From an uncultured Planctomycetales bacterium (GTDB lineage Bacteria; Planctomycetota; Phycisphaerae; SM23-33), in NCBI GenBank assembly GCA_965602635.1, contig CBFCZU010000001.1, positions 3,522-67,521 on the forward strand: a stretch of DNA of 64,000 bases, given 5' to 3'. The position numbers and the translations under genes are program-made. The notes under the pieces were generated by a model. That model had not been told where the DNA came from. It did not search any database and saw only the letters and a program-made list of their open reading frames with translations. Positions 48,717 through 57,752 of the stretch are shown here, one piece after another. Position 1 is the stretch's first letter. The number at the start of each line of letters is the position of its first letter.

Positions 48717-51596
48717 CTATTCTTCGGCCAGCATGGCCGCAACGGCGGCTCGCACGCGGGCGAACTGTTCGCTGGAGAGGTTGTGGAAGATGGTCTCGCC
48801 GGCCTCGTCAAGGAAGCGCTCCTGCGTTTGGCCCTTCAGTTCGAGCAGACCTTTGAGCATCGCGCCGAGCTGTCTCCTGTCGTAGCCGCGCTTGCGGGCG
48901 AGCAGGGCGAGATACTCAACGTCCTGCTGGCCTCGCCGCAGGGCCTTCAGTCGAACGCTACAGACCACCTGCTCCTTGGGACCGCCGGGCGGCGGGGGGA
49001 CAAGTATGGCCGTCGTCGAGGCCCTGCGATGGTTGGCAGGCGAGCCGATGGTATTCCACGGCAGCAGCCCGTCGGCTCCGAGCAGATAGGCGGATACGGG
49101 CCAGGCCTCGGCGTTGAGATTGCTGGCGCGAATCGGGTTGAGGCTGCCGTAGTTATAGAACGTCATCCCCCTGCCCATCATCTCGGCGCACCGCTCGTGC
49201 TTGGTGTAGAAGGTCTTTGAGACGCACATCAGATCCACCACGCCATCCAGCCAGCGGCGCTGGCGGTGCGGGCGGCTTATGTCGCCGCGGTATATGAACC
49301 GCCCCCCCTCGGCGCCCGCGACCGCCTGCTTGAACAGACGCCCCCAGTAGGCTATCGCAAGCCAGTCGTCGCGGTTCTGCGGCTCGTCCAGGCACCAGAA
49401 GCCGAGCTTGCCCTTGGTCCACGTGGGCTTGTTGTTCAGGTAGAACTGCATCTCAGTGCGCGTCCAACCCTTTTTCTCAAAGTGGCGCATGAAGTCAGCA
49501 GTCACCGCCCGAAAGCCCCGGCCGTACTCCTCGTCCATCAACTCCTCTATGGGCCCAGCCGTCAGGAAGTGCTTCTGCAGGTCGGTGGACTTGAATGCGT
49601 AATGGTCGCGGAAGTTGATCGGCCAGGCCTCGCAGAACGGCAGGTATTGGCTGGCCAGGGGCATGCCCGCGCGGGGCATGTCCGCAAAGGCCGACCCGTC
49701 CAGCAGCGGGCCGAAGTATGCGTCGTAACCGCTCCAGTCGGCCACGCGCATCTCCGCACCCTTGCCCTGGAGCGGAATCGCATATCGCGTCTTGGCCGAG
49801 CCGTCCTGCGAGTAGGGCAGGACGTTCAGCGTGGTCCTGTGGGCGTGGGCCAGACGGAACCAGGCGTAGTCGCCGGTCAGCGGACGGGAGGAGTATGCGT
49901 TAAGCTCGCAGTTGAATGAGAGCGTATCGGGCAGGACGGGCGAGCGGACCTCCAGGCTGACGGGCACGTCGAAGGGCTCGGCGCCCTTTATCGCCACCGT
50001 GATCGTACCTCGATACCGGCCGGGCGCTGTGTCCTTCGGTATGCGGATGTCCACCAGCAGCGACTGATTGCGCTGGGAGGGCACCTTGTTGTCGGCGTTG
50101 GGTATTGCGAACGTGGTGCCCGGCCCCAGCGGAACGCACAGGTCGCCCATCCATTCGCCGTCGCGGATGTACCACTGTCGGAAGACGGATATATTGCTCG
50201 CCGGAACCTTCGCCCCGCCAGGCCCGCTGAGCGAACCAGCCGTGATACCGATGTCCGCAACCGGCGTCTCGACCGCTTCGATAAGTAATTGGAAGGCGAC
50301 TATCTCGTTTCGACAGCCCGCCAGGGTCACCACCCCGTCTCGTCCGTTCCAGTAGATGTTGCCCTTACGGTACTCGCCGGCCGGCTTGGCGCCGTATTGC
50401 TTCAGGCCCACCTCTTCCAGCAGGTTGCCCGTTACGGGGTGGGCGCTCTCGCAGTCGCCATATGCCCACAGGCGGACCTTGCCCGTGCGGATGGTCGGAG
50501 AGCCTTTGGGATTGGCCTTTATCGCCACATCCGGCACGACCGGCACCGCTAGGGCCGCCGACGCTCGCCCGTCGGTCTCTGTCGTTGTAGAAGCCAGACC
50601 GCTTGCGCCTATGGACCTGACAGCGACCGTGACGTCGCCCCTCGGCGGCAGGTCGGTTATCACCAGCGACATCTTCCCCCCACCTTTCGGCGGACGCGGG
50701 ATTTGCCAGAGCGGAAGGAGGGTGTTCGGCTTAGTCGATCCGCGCCGGCGGTATGAGACCTCTGCCCTGGCCAGGTCCTTCGGGACCGACACCGAGACCT
50801 TGACGGCCCCGGCAGTCGGGGACGCATGCGCCGGCGCGGGCCTGACGCTGAACGTCGGGGCAGTTGGCCTGCCGGTTGCCTTGCCGGCGGAGTCGACCAG
50901 GAGGTAAGGCCCGTGGCCCGACTCACGAGTGTGGAGGCGGTAGGGGATCTTGGTCTGGCCCTTCTCCTCGAACAACGCCAGTCCATACGTGCCGCCGTTT
51001 ACAAGCGCCTGGACTATCGGCGCCGGCAGTTCGATGGCCACCCAGTCGCCCTGGAGGTGACGCACGGTGGCGGTGTGACTGATGGAGTTGCCCAGGTCGA
51101 ACGTGACGTCCGTCAGCTCGCTCTGGAACCCAGCCCATCGCCGCCGGCCGAAGTCGGCCCAGTTGGCCATCGCCCCGCCGCCGGGCCTGGCGGGTTTTGT
51201 GCCCGTGCCCGTGCCTTCCTTCCAGGGCGTCGATATGGTCGACACGCTCACCACGCGGAGCTTGTCCGCATCCGGCGAGGCCGCCTGGCGGATCATCAGC
51301 ACCCCGCCGGTCAGCTCGCGGCCGCGAACCTTGGATGTGTCGAAATCGGCCAGGAAGTAAAACGCGCTGTCCTTGGCCTCCTTCGTATAGTGGATGCCGT
51401 GAAACGCCACCTCCTTGGCCGCGCCGTAGTTGATCTTGTAGATGTCGGCGCTGCTGGGGGCCTTCTTGATGTGGATGGCTGTGTCGGCTGTGCACTCAAG
51501 GCGGATGGTCTTTCGCTCTGCACCCAGTGCAAAGCATGCTGCCAGAAGAACCGTCATTACCGCTGCCCAAGTGGCCGGTGAACCAGACGTACTCAT
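48717..51596 (-). CDS. large secreted protein, possible glycoside-hydrolase-like (family unassigned)
   Basis: ~960 aa from MSTSGSPATWAAVMTVLLAACFALGA (ATG 51596; ORF-track start is 51860); long beta-rich N-terminal region; C-terminal part contains …FWCLDEPQNRDDWLAIAYWGRLFKQA…. No confident family. Confidence 0.5.
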   Translation of the reverse strand: MSTSGSPATWAAVMTVLLAACFALGAERKTIRLECTADTAIHIKKAPSSADIYKINYGAAKEVAFHGIHYTKEAKDSAFYFLADFDTSKVRGRELTGGVLMIRQAASPDADKLRVVSVSTISTPWKEGTGTGTKPARPGGGAMANWADFGRRRWAGFQSELTDVTFDLGNSISHTATVRHLQGDWVAIELPAPIVQALVNGGTYGLALFEEKGQTKIPYRLHTRESGHGPYLLVDSAGKATGRPTAPTFSVRPAPAHASPTAGAVKVSVSVPKDLARAEVSYRRRGSTKPNTLLPLWQIPRPPKGGGKMSLVITDLPPRGDVTVAVRSIGASGLASTTTETDGRASAALAVPVVPDVAIKANPKGSPTIRTGKVRLWAYGDCESAHPVTGNLLEEVGLKQYGAKPAGEYRKGNIYWNGRDGVVTLAGCRNEIVAFQLLIEAVETPVADIGITAGSLSGPGGAKVPASNISVFRQWYIRDGEWMGDLCVPLGPGTTFAIPNADNKVPSQRNQSLLVDIRIPKDTAPGRYRGTITVAIKGAEPFDVPVSLEVRSPVLPDTLSFNCELNAYSSRPLTGDYAWFRLAHAHRTTLNVLPYSQDGSAKTRYAIPLQGKGAEMRVADWSGYDAYFGPLLDGSAFADMPRAGMPLASQYLPFCEAWPINFRDHYAFKSTDLQKHFLTAGPIEELMDEEYGRGFRAVTADFMRHFEKKGWTRTEMQFYLNNKPTWTKGKLGFWCLDEPQNRDDWLAIAYWGRLFKQAVAGAEGGRFIYRGDISRPHRQRRWLDGVVDLMCVSKTFYTKHERCAEMMGRGMTFYNYGSLNPIRASNLNAEAWPVSAYLLGADGLLPWNTIGSPANHRRASTTAILVPPPPGGPKEQVVCSVRLKALRRGQQDVEYLALLARKRGYDRRQLGAMLKGLLELKGQTQERFLDEAGETIFHNLSSEQFARVRAAVAAMLAEE

Positions 51597-51823
51597 TTGA
51601 AATGCTCCCGTCGCGGCGCGTCTGCGTGAGGCGTATCGTATCACCACGCCGCCGCCATGCCAAAGGTCATCCACATACAGCATGCTCGGTCCGCCGGCAT
51701 GTCGCTTCAGGCTAAGTTGCCCAATTGACTGTGGCGTGACGGCGTGGGACATATTGGGCTTAATCCTCATCGCCCGGCCCCACGCCGAGCGAGGCCAGCG
51801 CAACGTGCAGGGCGGCCGTGCCA

Positions 51824-51860
51824 GTACCTGCAAGGTGGACGGGGTCTCCGGGAGGGACAA
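51824..51860 (+). repeat. diverged partial copy of the IS481-like left-end repeat
   Basis: acctgcaaggtggacggggtctccgggagggacaactacc matches the terminal ~37 bp of the 182-bp IS end (39576-39612 / 62550-62586). Confidence 0.45.
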
Positions 51861-54827
51861 CTACCTGGTGGACTTTCCGGTGACCGATATGTCCAGTACG
51901 AGCGGAGTGTACGGCTTCATCTTGACCCAGGCGCGGACGGGTTTGATGGTGGCGGTGCGCTTGAGGCTGTAGGGGTTGACGGTCTTGAAGTCCCGCTGGA
52001 GCGCGACCAGCAGGCTGGTCTTGATGGCCACGTCGCCGAAGCTGAGCGTGGAGGTCTCCTTGTCGCTCTTCAGGTCGGCGCTGCGCCTGACGGCGGGGAA
52101 GAAGCTAAAGATCACCGGCTCGTCGCCTTTTACGTCCAGTACACGGACCGTCACTCGCGCGGCCGTGGGCGAGATCACCTGGACCTCCAGGCGGGCCGTG
52201 AAGGTGTCGAACTCCAGCACGACCTCGTGGCCCTCGTCGGTCCGCTCCACGCGCCCCGCGGTGGGCATGTAGAAGGTTCGGCCTTTCACCTTGCGGTGGA
52301 ACGAGCCCGCCTCGGCCTGCTGTTGCGAGTTGGAGGCAGCGAGAATCGTGCCCGCGCCGCGGTGATACAGCTCGACGGCGTTCTGCGGGTCCACCCAGTA
52401 CATCCGCTCGACGATGGGGTCGATCGACAGGGCGTTGAGCCCGTAGACGAATCCGTCGCGCCGCGCGATCAGGCCCTGGCCGTCGAGGAAGGTGAATTCC
52501 GCGCGGTTGGGCATTGGCTCTTCGTCGCCGGGCTTGAAGTAGACGGCGTTTTCCGCCGTTCGGAACCAGTATTCCGGACTGGACGCGCTGGGGCGGCTGG
52601 CCGAGCGTATGCGCCGGGCGGCGCGAACGCGGGCCAGGTGTCGCCCGCGCGCCGACAGCGACAGCACGAAGTCGCCATGGGTAAACGGGTTTGCCCAGAT
52701 CACCCTGCCGTCGTGCAGCAGCGTCAGGTTCCCGGTCGGCAGGGAAGTGTGACACGAGAACTCCACGCATCGGGCCAGGCTCGGCAGGACGCTCTTGTCG
52801 GCGCTCTGCCAGTAGTACTCGCCCAGCGCGTTCATGGTCAGCCAGGTGTAATGCGTAGCCGGCACGACACGCCGCTCGGGGAAGTGCCCGTCCCGCTCAT
52901 GGGCAGCCATTGCGCGCATCTCCCTCCGGCCCAGCTCTCGCCACTTGGCGTTGTCAAGCACGACGCCGCCCGTATAGACGTTGGCTGCGTGGTAGGCGTA
53001 GTGGTTCGTGCCCGTGCCGGTCTCCGAGCTGAAGCGAGACGTCCGATTGCTCACCGGCGTTATCCAGACGGTGATCGTCGCCTCGACCAGTTCGCCCAGC
53101 CGGCGTCGCCAGTAGGCTGCCTGCTCGGCAGGCACGTCGTTCTTGAGCAGCTCGTATGTCTGGAGATAGCCCTGCAGGTGTCGGTTGGGCGGGTGCTCCA
53201 ACTGCTCGTACCAGATGGCTGGGTCGAGCGCCGCTTCCATGCCCGCCGCAGCCGAGGCCAGCATTCGCTTGTCGCCGCGATGCGGGTTCTCGGGCCAGTC
53301 GGACTTGTAGACCAGGGCGAACGGGTAGCACGCCCCGTAGCTCCATTCACTTGCGCGGAGCCTGCCGGATCGGCCAATCGAGCGATACCGTCCGTCGCCG
53401 GCCTGGATAATGTGGTAGAAGTTGCACGCGTCTGCCAGGCCCGCCCGATAGAGGGAAAGCGTTTTCAACTCGTCGATGCCCTTGCGGAACTTGTCCCACG
53501 CAGTTCGCTTCTGGGCGACGGCGCACCAGTGCTCGGCCGCTATGTCGATCGCGCCGCCATCGCCGCCGCCCGCCTTGGCCGCGGCGTAGAGATGCAGCTC
53601 GCCCTCCTTGGCACCCGACAGCTCGATCGACACCTTGCTCTTGCCGGGCATCAGCTTCTGGACCGCCCGCCCGACGCTACGATTGCCCTGCACGGCCTCG
53701 AGCGTAACCTCCGCGCCCGCCGGATCGGCGATCGCCAGCCAGAGGGCCACCTCGATGGGCCCGGCCTCGTCTGCCGTGAACGGCTTGCCCGTCTCGATGA
53801 CCAGCGGACGGGCGACCTCGGCACGATAGCTGGCGACTTTGTGCCCTTCCGCGTCCGTGATCTCGATGGCGGCCGAGCCATGGCGCTCGATCCGGGCTAT
53901 CGCCAAGCCGTCATCGCCGACGGGCACGGGGGCGCCGTTTACCCTCATGGTGCAGCCGGCCCGCCAGTTGATCAGCTTCAGCTTGCTGGACCCGACCGCC
54001 AGCGAGACAGGAAGCCGCAGCGCCGCGGATGCGGGCGGCGCTTCGTCCACCACGTCCACTCGCCCCAGGCGCGTCGGGCGGTGGGCCCAGCCGCCCCACA
54101 GATCGCGCCACGCGAAGTGCGAACCGTCGGCAGGGCGGTTACGCATGACGTTGGCGTAGAAGCGACCTTCCGGCACGCCGAGCGTCTTCATGGGCAGCGC
54201 CGCAACCATCCACCAGCCCCGCTTATCGACGCCCGCCCGAACGCGGATAGATGTCGGGTCGATTGGCTCGATAACGCCCAGTTGGTCGCGCCGGGCGCAC
54301 GGGCGAAGATACCGCAGGACGGCTGCCCTGCCTCCGGCGTTGACCTGCACGTTGACGTACGGATAAGCCGGCTTCTGCGAGTTGGTCAGCAGGACCTCAA
54401 GCGAGTCCGCTTGCCACACCTCCTGCGAGGCAGACGCCAGCAGTTCGGTGGCCTCGGCCTCCCACGCCCTATGGCCGCCCGTGCCGCGCACGATGGTGTC
54501 CGGCGTGGGGTCCAGGCACCGCGCCGCCAAGTAAAGCACCGACTCGTGCACCACCACGCGAATGTCCGTGGCCCTGTTAGCCGGCTCGGGCCTGCCTCTC
54601 GAGAACAGGCGCCCAAGCGGCTTGGCCTGCTTCCAGACGGGGTCGCCCATTGGCTCGTCGCCGTCCAACGCCGGCGCCTTGTCCACGCGCAGCACATGCC
54701 CCGCAGGGCTGTCGCACCAGACGGGCCCGGCGCCGGAGACGCCCTGGCCCCAAACGGTAGAGATCAACCATAGAACCGTTACCGCCGCCGCCACTGCGGA
54801 TTCATTGCGCATGATCGCCTCCATCAT
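51861..54827 (-). CDS. secreted polysaccharide-lyase-like protein (heparinase II/III-like core with CBM9-like N-domain), paralog 1
   Basis: ~988 aa from MMEAIMRNESAVAAAVTVLWLISTVWGQG (signal peptide). Shares long blocks with the paralog at 57753-60704 (YRAGLADACNFYH / YRAGLADAINYYR; WPENPHRGDKRML / WPENPYKGDKRFL; GTGTNHYAYH / GTGTNVFSHY; DPQNAVELYH / DPQNAIEIHH). The family name is tentative. Confidence 0.55.
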   Translation of the reverse strand: MMEAIMRNESAVAAAVTVLWLISTVWGQGVSGAGPVWCDSPAGHVLRVDKAPALDGDEPMGDPVWKQAKPLGRLFSRGRPEPANRATDIRVVVHESVLYLAARCLDPTPDTIVRGTGGHRAWEAEATELLASASQEVWQADSLEVLLTNSQKPAYPYVNVQVNAGGRAAVLRYLRPCARRDQLGVIEPIDPTSIRVRAGVDKRGWWMVAALPMKTLGVPEGRFYANVMRNRPADGSHFAWRDLWGGWAHRPTRLGRVDVVDEAPPASAALRLPVSLAVGSSKLKLINWRAGCTMRVNGAPVPVGDDGLAIARIERHGSAAIEITDAEGHKVASYRAEVARPLVIETGKPFTADEAGPIEVALWLAIADPAGAEVTLEAVQGNRSVGRAVQKLMPGKSKVSIELSGAKEGELHLYAAAKAGGGDGGAIDIAAEHWCAVAQKRTAWDKFRKGIDELKTLSLYRAGLADACNFYHIIQAGDGRYRSIGRSGRLRASEWSYGACYPFALVYKSDWPENPHRGDKRMLASAAAGMEAALDPAIWYEQLEHPPNRHLQGYLQTYELLKNDVPAEQAAYWRRRLGELVEATITVWITPVSNRTSRFSSETGTGTNHYAYHAANVYTGGVVLDNAKWRELGRREMRAMAAHERDGHFPERRVVPATHYTWLTMNALGEYYWQSADKSVLPSLARCVEFSCHTSLPTGNLTLLHDGRVIWANPFTHGDFVLSLSARGRHLARVRAARRIRSASRPSASSPEYWFRTAENAVYFKPGDEEPMPNRAEFTFLDGQGLIARRDGFVYGLNALSIDPIVERMYWVDPQNAVELYHRGAGTILAASNSQQQAEAGSFHRKVKGRTFYMPTAGRVERTDEGHEVVLEFDTFTARLEVQVISPTAARVTVRVLDVKGDEPVIFSFFPAVRRSADLKSDKETSTLSFGDVAIKTSLLVALQRDFKTVNPYSLKRTATIKPVRAWVKMKPYTPLVLDISVTGKSTR

Positions 54828-55130
54828 GCTATCTCGCGCCGCTTGGAAATGGCCATTGCTCCCGGCCGCGCAACCTGCATCGGGCCAGACGGCACCATAA
54901 GCCAAGCATGGCCATTTGTCCCAGGAGCCTGTGTAATCCGGGATTTCCCAGGTAAACGCCAGCCCACGACCAGCGTGGGCCTTTTCGACGATTCTATCGC
55001 GGCCCGGGAGATCAACAAGCCCTTTCGCAGCTCCGGCAAGGGGCCATTTGCCTGCCCTCGGGCCATGGCGATCTCCTCCCAGCAGATCGAGGAGGCTATC
55101 AAGGAGGCGATTCTCCCCTGACGCGATGGC

Positions 55131-55390
55131 TTGCCGCTCGCCGCTACAATTCCCGGCCCTATGACTTGGACACCATGGCGATTCTTCCTCGTAGCCGTTA
55201 CGGGATGGATGGACCGCAGGCAGCAAGAGGTGATCGATTACCTCAGGGAAGAGAATCGAATCCTGCGTGAGCACGTTGGCCGCAAGCGGCTTCTGCTGAA
55301 CGATGAGCAGAAGCGACGCCTGGCGGTCAATGGCAGAACCCTCGGGCGCAAGCTGCTCCAGCAGTTCGGGACGCTTTCAGCCCGGGCGGC
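55131..55390 (+). pseudogene. N-terminal remnant of an IS481-superfamily transposase gene
   Basis: …MTWTPWRFFLVAVTGWMDRRQQEVIDYLREENRILREHVGRKRLLLNDEQKRRLAVNGRTLGRKLLQQFGTLS… with no catalytic domain downstream; a second, internally deleted copy lies at 61883-61990. Confidence 0.5.
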
Positions 55391-55491
55391 GTACTCAGGT
55401 CCCATCGCCGCGAGGCCGCTCGAGCCGGATTCCCGCTGCCGTAGCGCCACTGAAACTTGGCGCTGTGTGCCCGCTGACGTATATAGACGGT

Positions 55492-56784
55492 ATGCACTCC
55501 TCTGCGGGCAGCCGAGTTGGGATCGCCAAGGCCTTGCTGAGTTTGGCCCTGCTGCCAGCGGCGGCGGACAGACGTGCTGGGGCCAAGGACTGGCCTCAGT
55601 GGCGGGGGCCCCGGCGCGATGGGGTCTCCGCCGAGAGTGGCTTGCTCAAACGCTGGCCCACGTCCGGTCCGAAGCTGTTGTGGGTTACTGAAGGCCTTGG
55701 TTCCGGCTGGGGCTGCCCGGTCATCGCCGGCAAGAGGATCTACGTCACCGGCAAACTAGGCAGGGAAGGCCTGCTCTTTGCTCTCGACTTGGACGGTCGC
55801 GTGCTGTGGAAGAAACCCTACGGCCTTGAGTGGAGCCGGAACTACCCCGGCGCCCGCCATCCGCCAACATTCGACGACGGCAGCGTGTATGTGATGAGCG
55901 GCCGGGCCGGACTGACCGCCTTCGACGCCCGCAGTGGGCAGCAGCGGTGGTCGGTCGATCTGCTCGAGCGATGCGGCGGCCGGCTGCTGGGGTTCGGGTT
56001 TACCGAATCAGTGCTGATCGACGGCGATCGACTCATCTGCTCCCCCGGGGCCCCCGATGCGTCGGTCGTCGCCCTCGACAAGCGCAACGGCAAGACCGTC
56101 TGGACGAGCAAGGGCCTCAGCGATGCGTACGGCTACTGCGCGCCGCTGCTGGTCGATCATGGCAAGACCCGTTTGGTTGTGACCATGACGGGCACAGCGA
56201 TCGTCGGCATCGAGGCCGCCACGGGCAGGCTGCTCTGGCGTCATCCCTACCGCAACAGGAACGGCGGCCATCACATCACGCCCATCTATCACGAGGGACG
56301 CGTGTTCGCCACGTGTGGCTACGGCAAAGGCGGCGTGATGCTGAAGCTGTCACCGGATGGTCGACGGGTGACCGTTGTGTGGACCAATCCTCGCCTGGAT
56401 CCTCACTATGGCGGCGTCGTGCTGCTGGACGGGCACCTGTACGGATCCACGCACAAACGCAAGACGTGGGTATGCCTCGAGTGGGCCACCGGCAAGCTCT
56501 GCTACGAGGAGAAAGGCGTTGGGAAGGGCTCCGTGGCCGCGGCCGACGGAATGCTGTACTGCTACGGCGAGAATGGAGTGGTCGCCCTTGTCAGGCCAGA
56601 CCCGAAGCGCTTCGAGGTGATCAGCTCCTTTCGGATCAGGTGGGGCACAGGCCAGCACTGGGCACATCCGGTGATCTGCGGCGGCCGGCTTTATATACGG
56701 CATGGCGACAGTCTGATGACCTTCGACGTCAGGGGCGGTGCGGGTCTTGCTGGAGACTCCAACGGCCCAGCCGCCCGCGACTGA
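55492..56784 (+). CDS. PQQ-repeat beta-propeller protein (BamB-like/PQQ enzyme repeat), secreted
   Basis: 430 aa from MHSSAGSRVGIAKALLSLALLPAAA; repeated …DWPQWRGPRRDGVS…, …GRVLWKK…, …GRLLWRHPY…, …GKLCYEE… propeller blades. Confidence 0.7.
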   Translation: MHSSAGSRVGIAKALLSLALLPAAADRRAGAKDWPQWRGPRRDGVSAESGLLKRWPTSGPKLLWVTEGLGSGWGCPVIAGKRIYVTGKLGREGLLFALDLDGRVLWKKPYGLEWSRNYPGARHPPTFDDGSVYVMSGRAGLTAFDARSGQQRWSVDLLERCGGRLLGFGFTESVLIDGDRLICSPGAPDASVVALDKRNGKTVWTSKGLSDAYGYCAPLLVDHGKTRLVVTMTGTAIVGIEAATGRLLWRHPYRNRNGGHHITPIYHEGRVFATCGYGKGGVMLKLSPDGRRVTVVWTNPRLDPHYGGVVLLDGHLYGSTHKRKTWVCLEWATGKLCYEEKGVGKGSVAAADGMLYCYGENGVVALVRPDPKRFEVISSFRIRWGTGQHWAHPVICGGRLYIRHGDSLMTFDVRGGAGLAGDSNGPAARD

Positions 56785-56966
56785 AGCAGATACCAGCGGG
56801 CGGCCAGAATCGCCTTCTGGGCCGTCCCAGACGAAACATGTAGGGGCTGAGCAAGAACGCCTGGGCCGTGGCGAACCCCCTCATGCCGAAGGTGCAGGCC
56901 GACAGGCAGGGCACTGACGGCAGGGGAGGCCAGAAGAGTGCTGGGGCCTGATTCCACCCGCCGGGG

Positions 56967-57164
56967 TCATACCCCGGAGGTCGCGATTCCCCCCCAAATT
57001 GTACATCAAACTGTACATCATTTTCTGGTAAACATGGTAAACATGGTAAACATGTGATACATGGAACGTCGATCGGAATTCGTAACGTGTTGTGGTTTCG
57101 TTAGTCCCGATCTGACAACTCTTTACGGGGAGGCCTTCGGGGTCTCATAACCCGGAGGTCGCGG
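56967..57164. repeat. two direct copies of a 19-bp tRNA-Met-like core (tcata[c/a]cccggaggtcgcg) flanking an AT-rich patch with tandem repeats
   Basis: Core copies at 56967-56985 and 57146-57164. Between them: tgtacatca x2 (57000-57008, 57012-57020) and ggtaaacat x3 in perfect tandem (57027-57053). Local GC is far below the window average. Confidence 0.6.
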
Positions 57165-57166
57165 AG

Positions 57167-57406
57167 GTGAGCAAGGGCGCCAAGGCCTGGACGGCCGAGT
57201 TTGCCATCCCATTCAAAGAGCTGGTCGAGGACCCCAAGAAGCTCAATCGTGCCTGGGCGGTCAACTTCGGCCGGATGGCGTACCTGCTTGCGCAAACCGA
57301 GGACACCGCCTGGAGCCCCGTGGGCCAGACAGACTCTCACCTTCCCGCCAAGTTCGGCTGCCTGTGGCTTGACGTCGGGAGGATGGAAAGGACGGTAGCC
57401 AAGTGA
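57167..57406 (+). pseudogene. C-terminal fragment of a CBM9-like domain
   Basis: 79-aa ORF …WTAEFAIPFKELV…WAVNFGRM…AWSPV…HLPAKFGCLWLDV… resembles the C-terminal strands of CBM9/DOMON-like modules. It begins exactly at the second att-like core with no N-terminal part. Confidence 0.4.
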
Positions 57407-57752
57407 ACGGTCGATATGTCGCATGGATCGCGATCCCCTGTATCTGTGGAATTGGGGGTCCCGTTCCTGTGCCTGGGGATGGGGCCGCCACCGATCAGCC
57501 GTATAACACGGGCGACGAGCAATGGGTCTTCAACGATAACTGGCGCAACCGCAATTCAAGGAGTGGATCGGGCAAGTCGTCGGGAAGGAAGGAGAGGATG
57601 CCTGTCGTCACGACAAGTGGTGTTGCATGATGTATCCGAGGCTGATGCTGCTCCGTGACCTACTAAGGCATAGCAGCACCTTGGAGGCCTACCTGCGCGT
57701 GATCAAGCTTCTCCGGAGATTTCTATACCGATCGGGACAGTAGCGCAGACCG

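Noticed and set aside
57027-57053. ggtaaacat x3 tandem repeat as a CRISPR-like array
   Set aside because: The units are 9 bp with no spacers, and there are no cas genes. It is a simple tandem repeat. No CRISPR array was found anywhere in the window.
57101-57175. Possible complete tRNA-Met gene around the att-like core
   Set aside because: Only the anticodon arm, variable region and 5' T-stem are present. No acceptor stem or D-arm can be paired upstream and no T-loop (TTCRAAT) follows. The same holds for the copies at 56967 and 62387.
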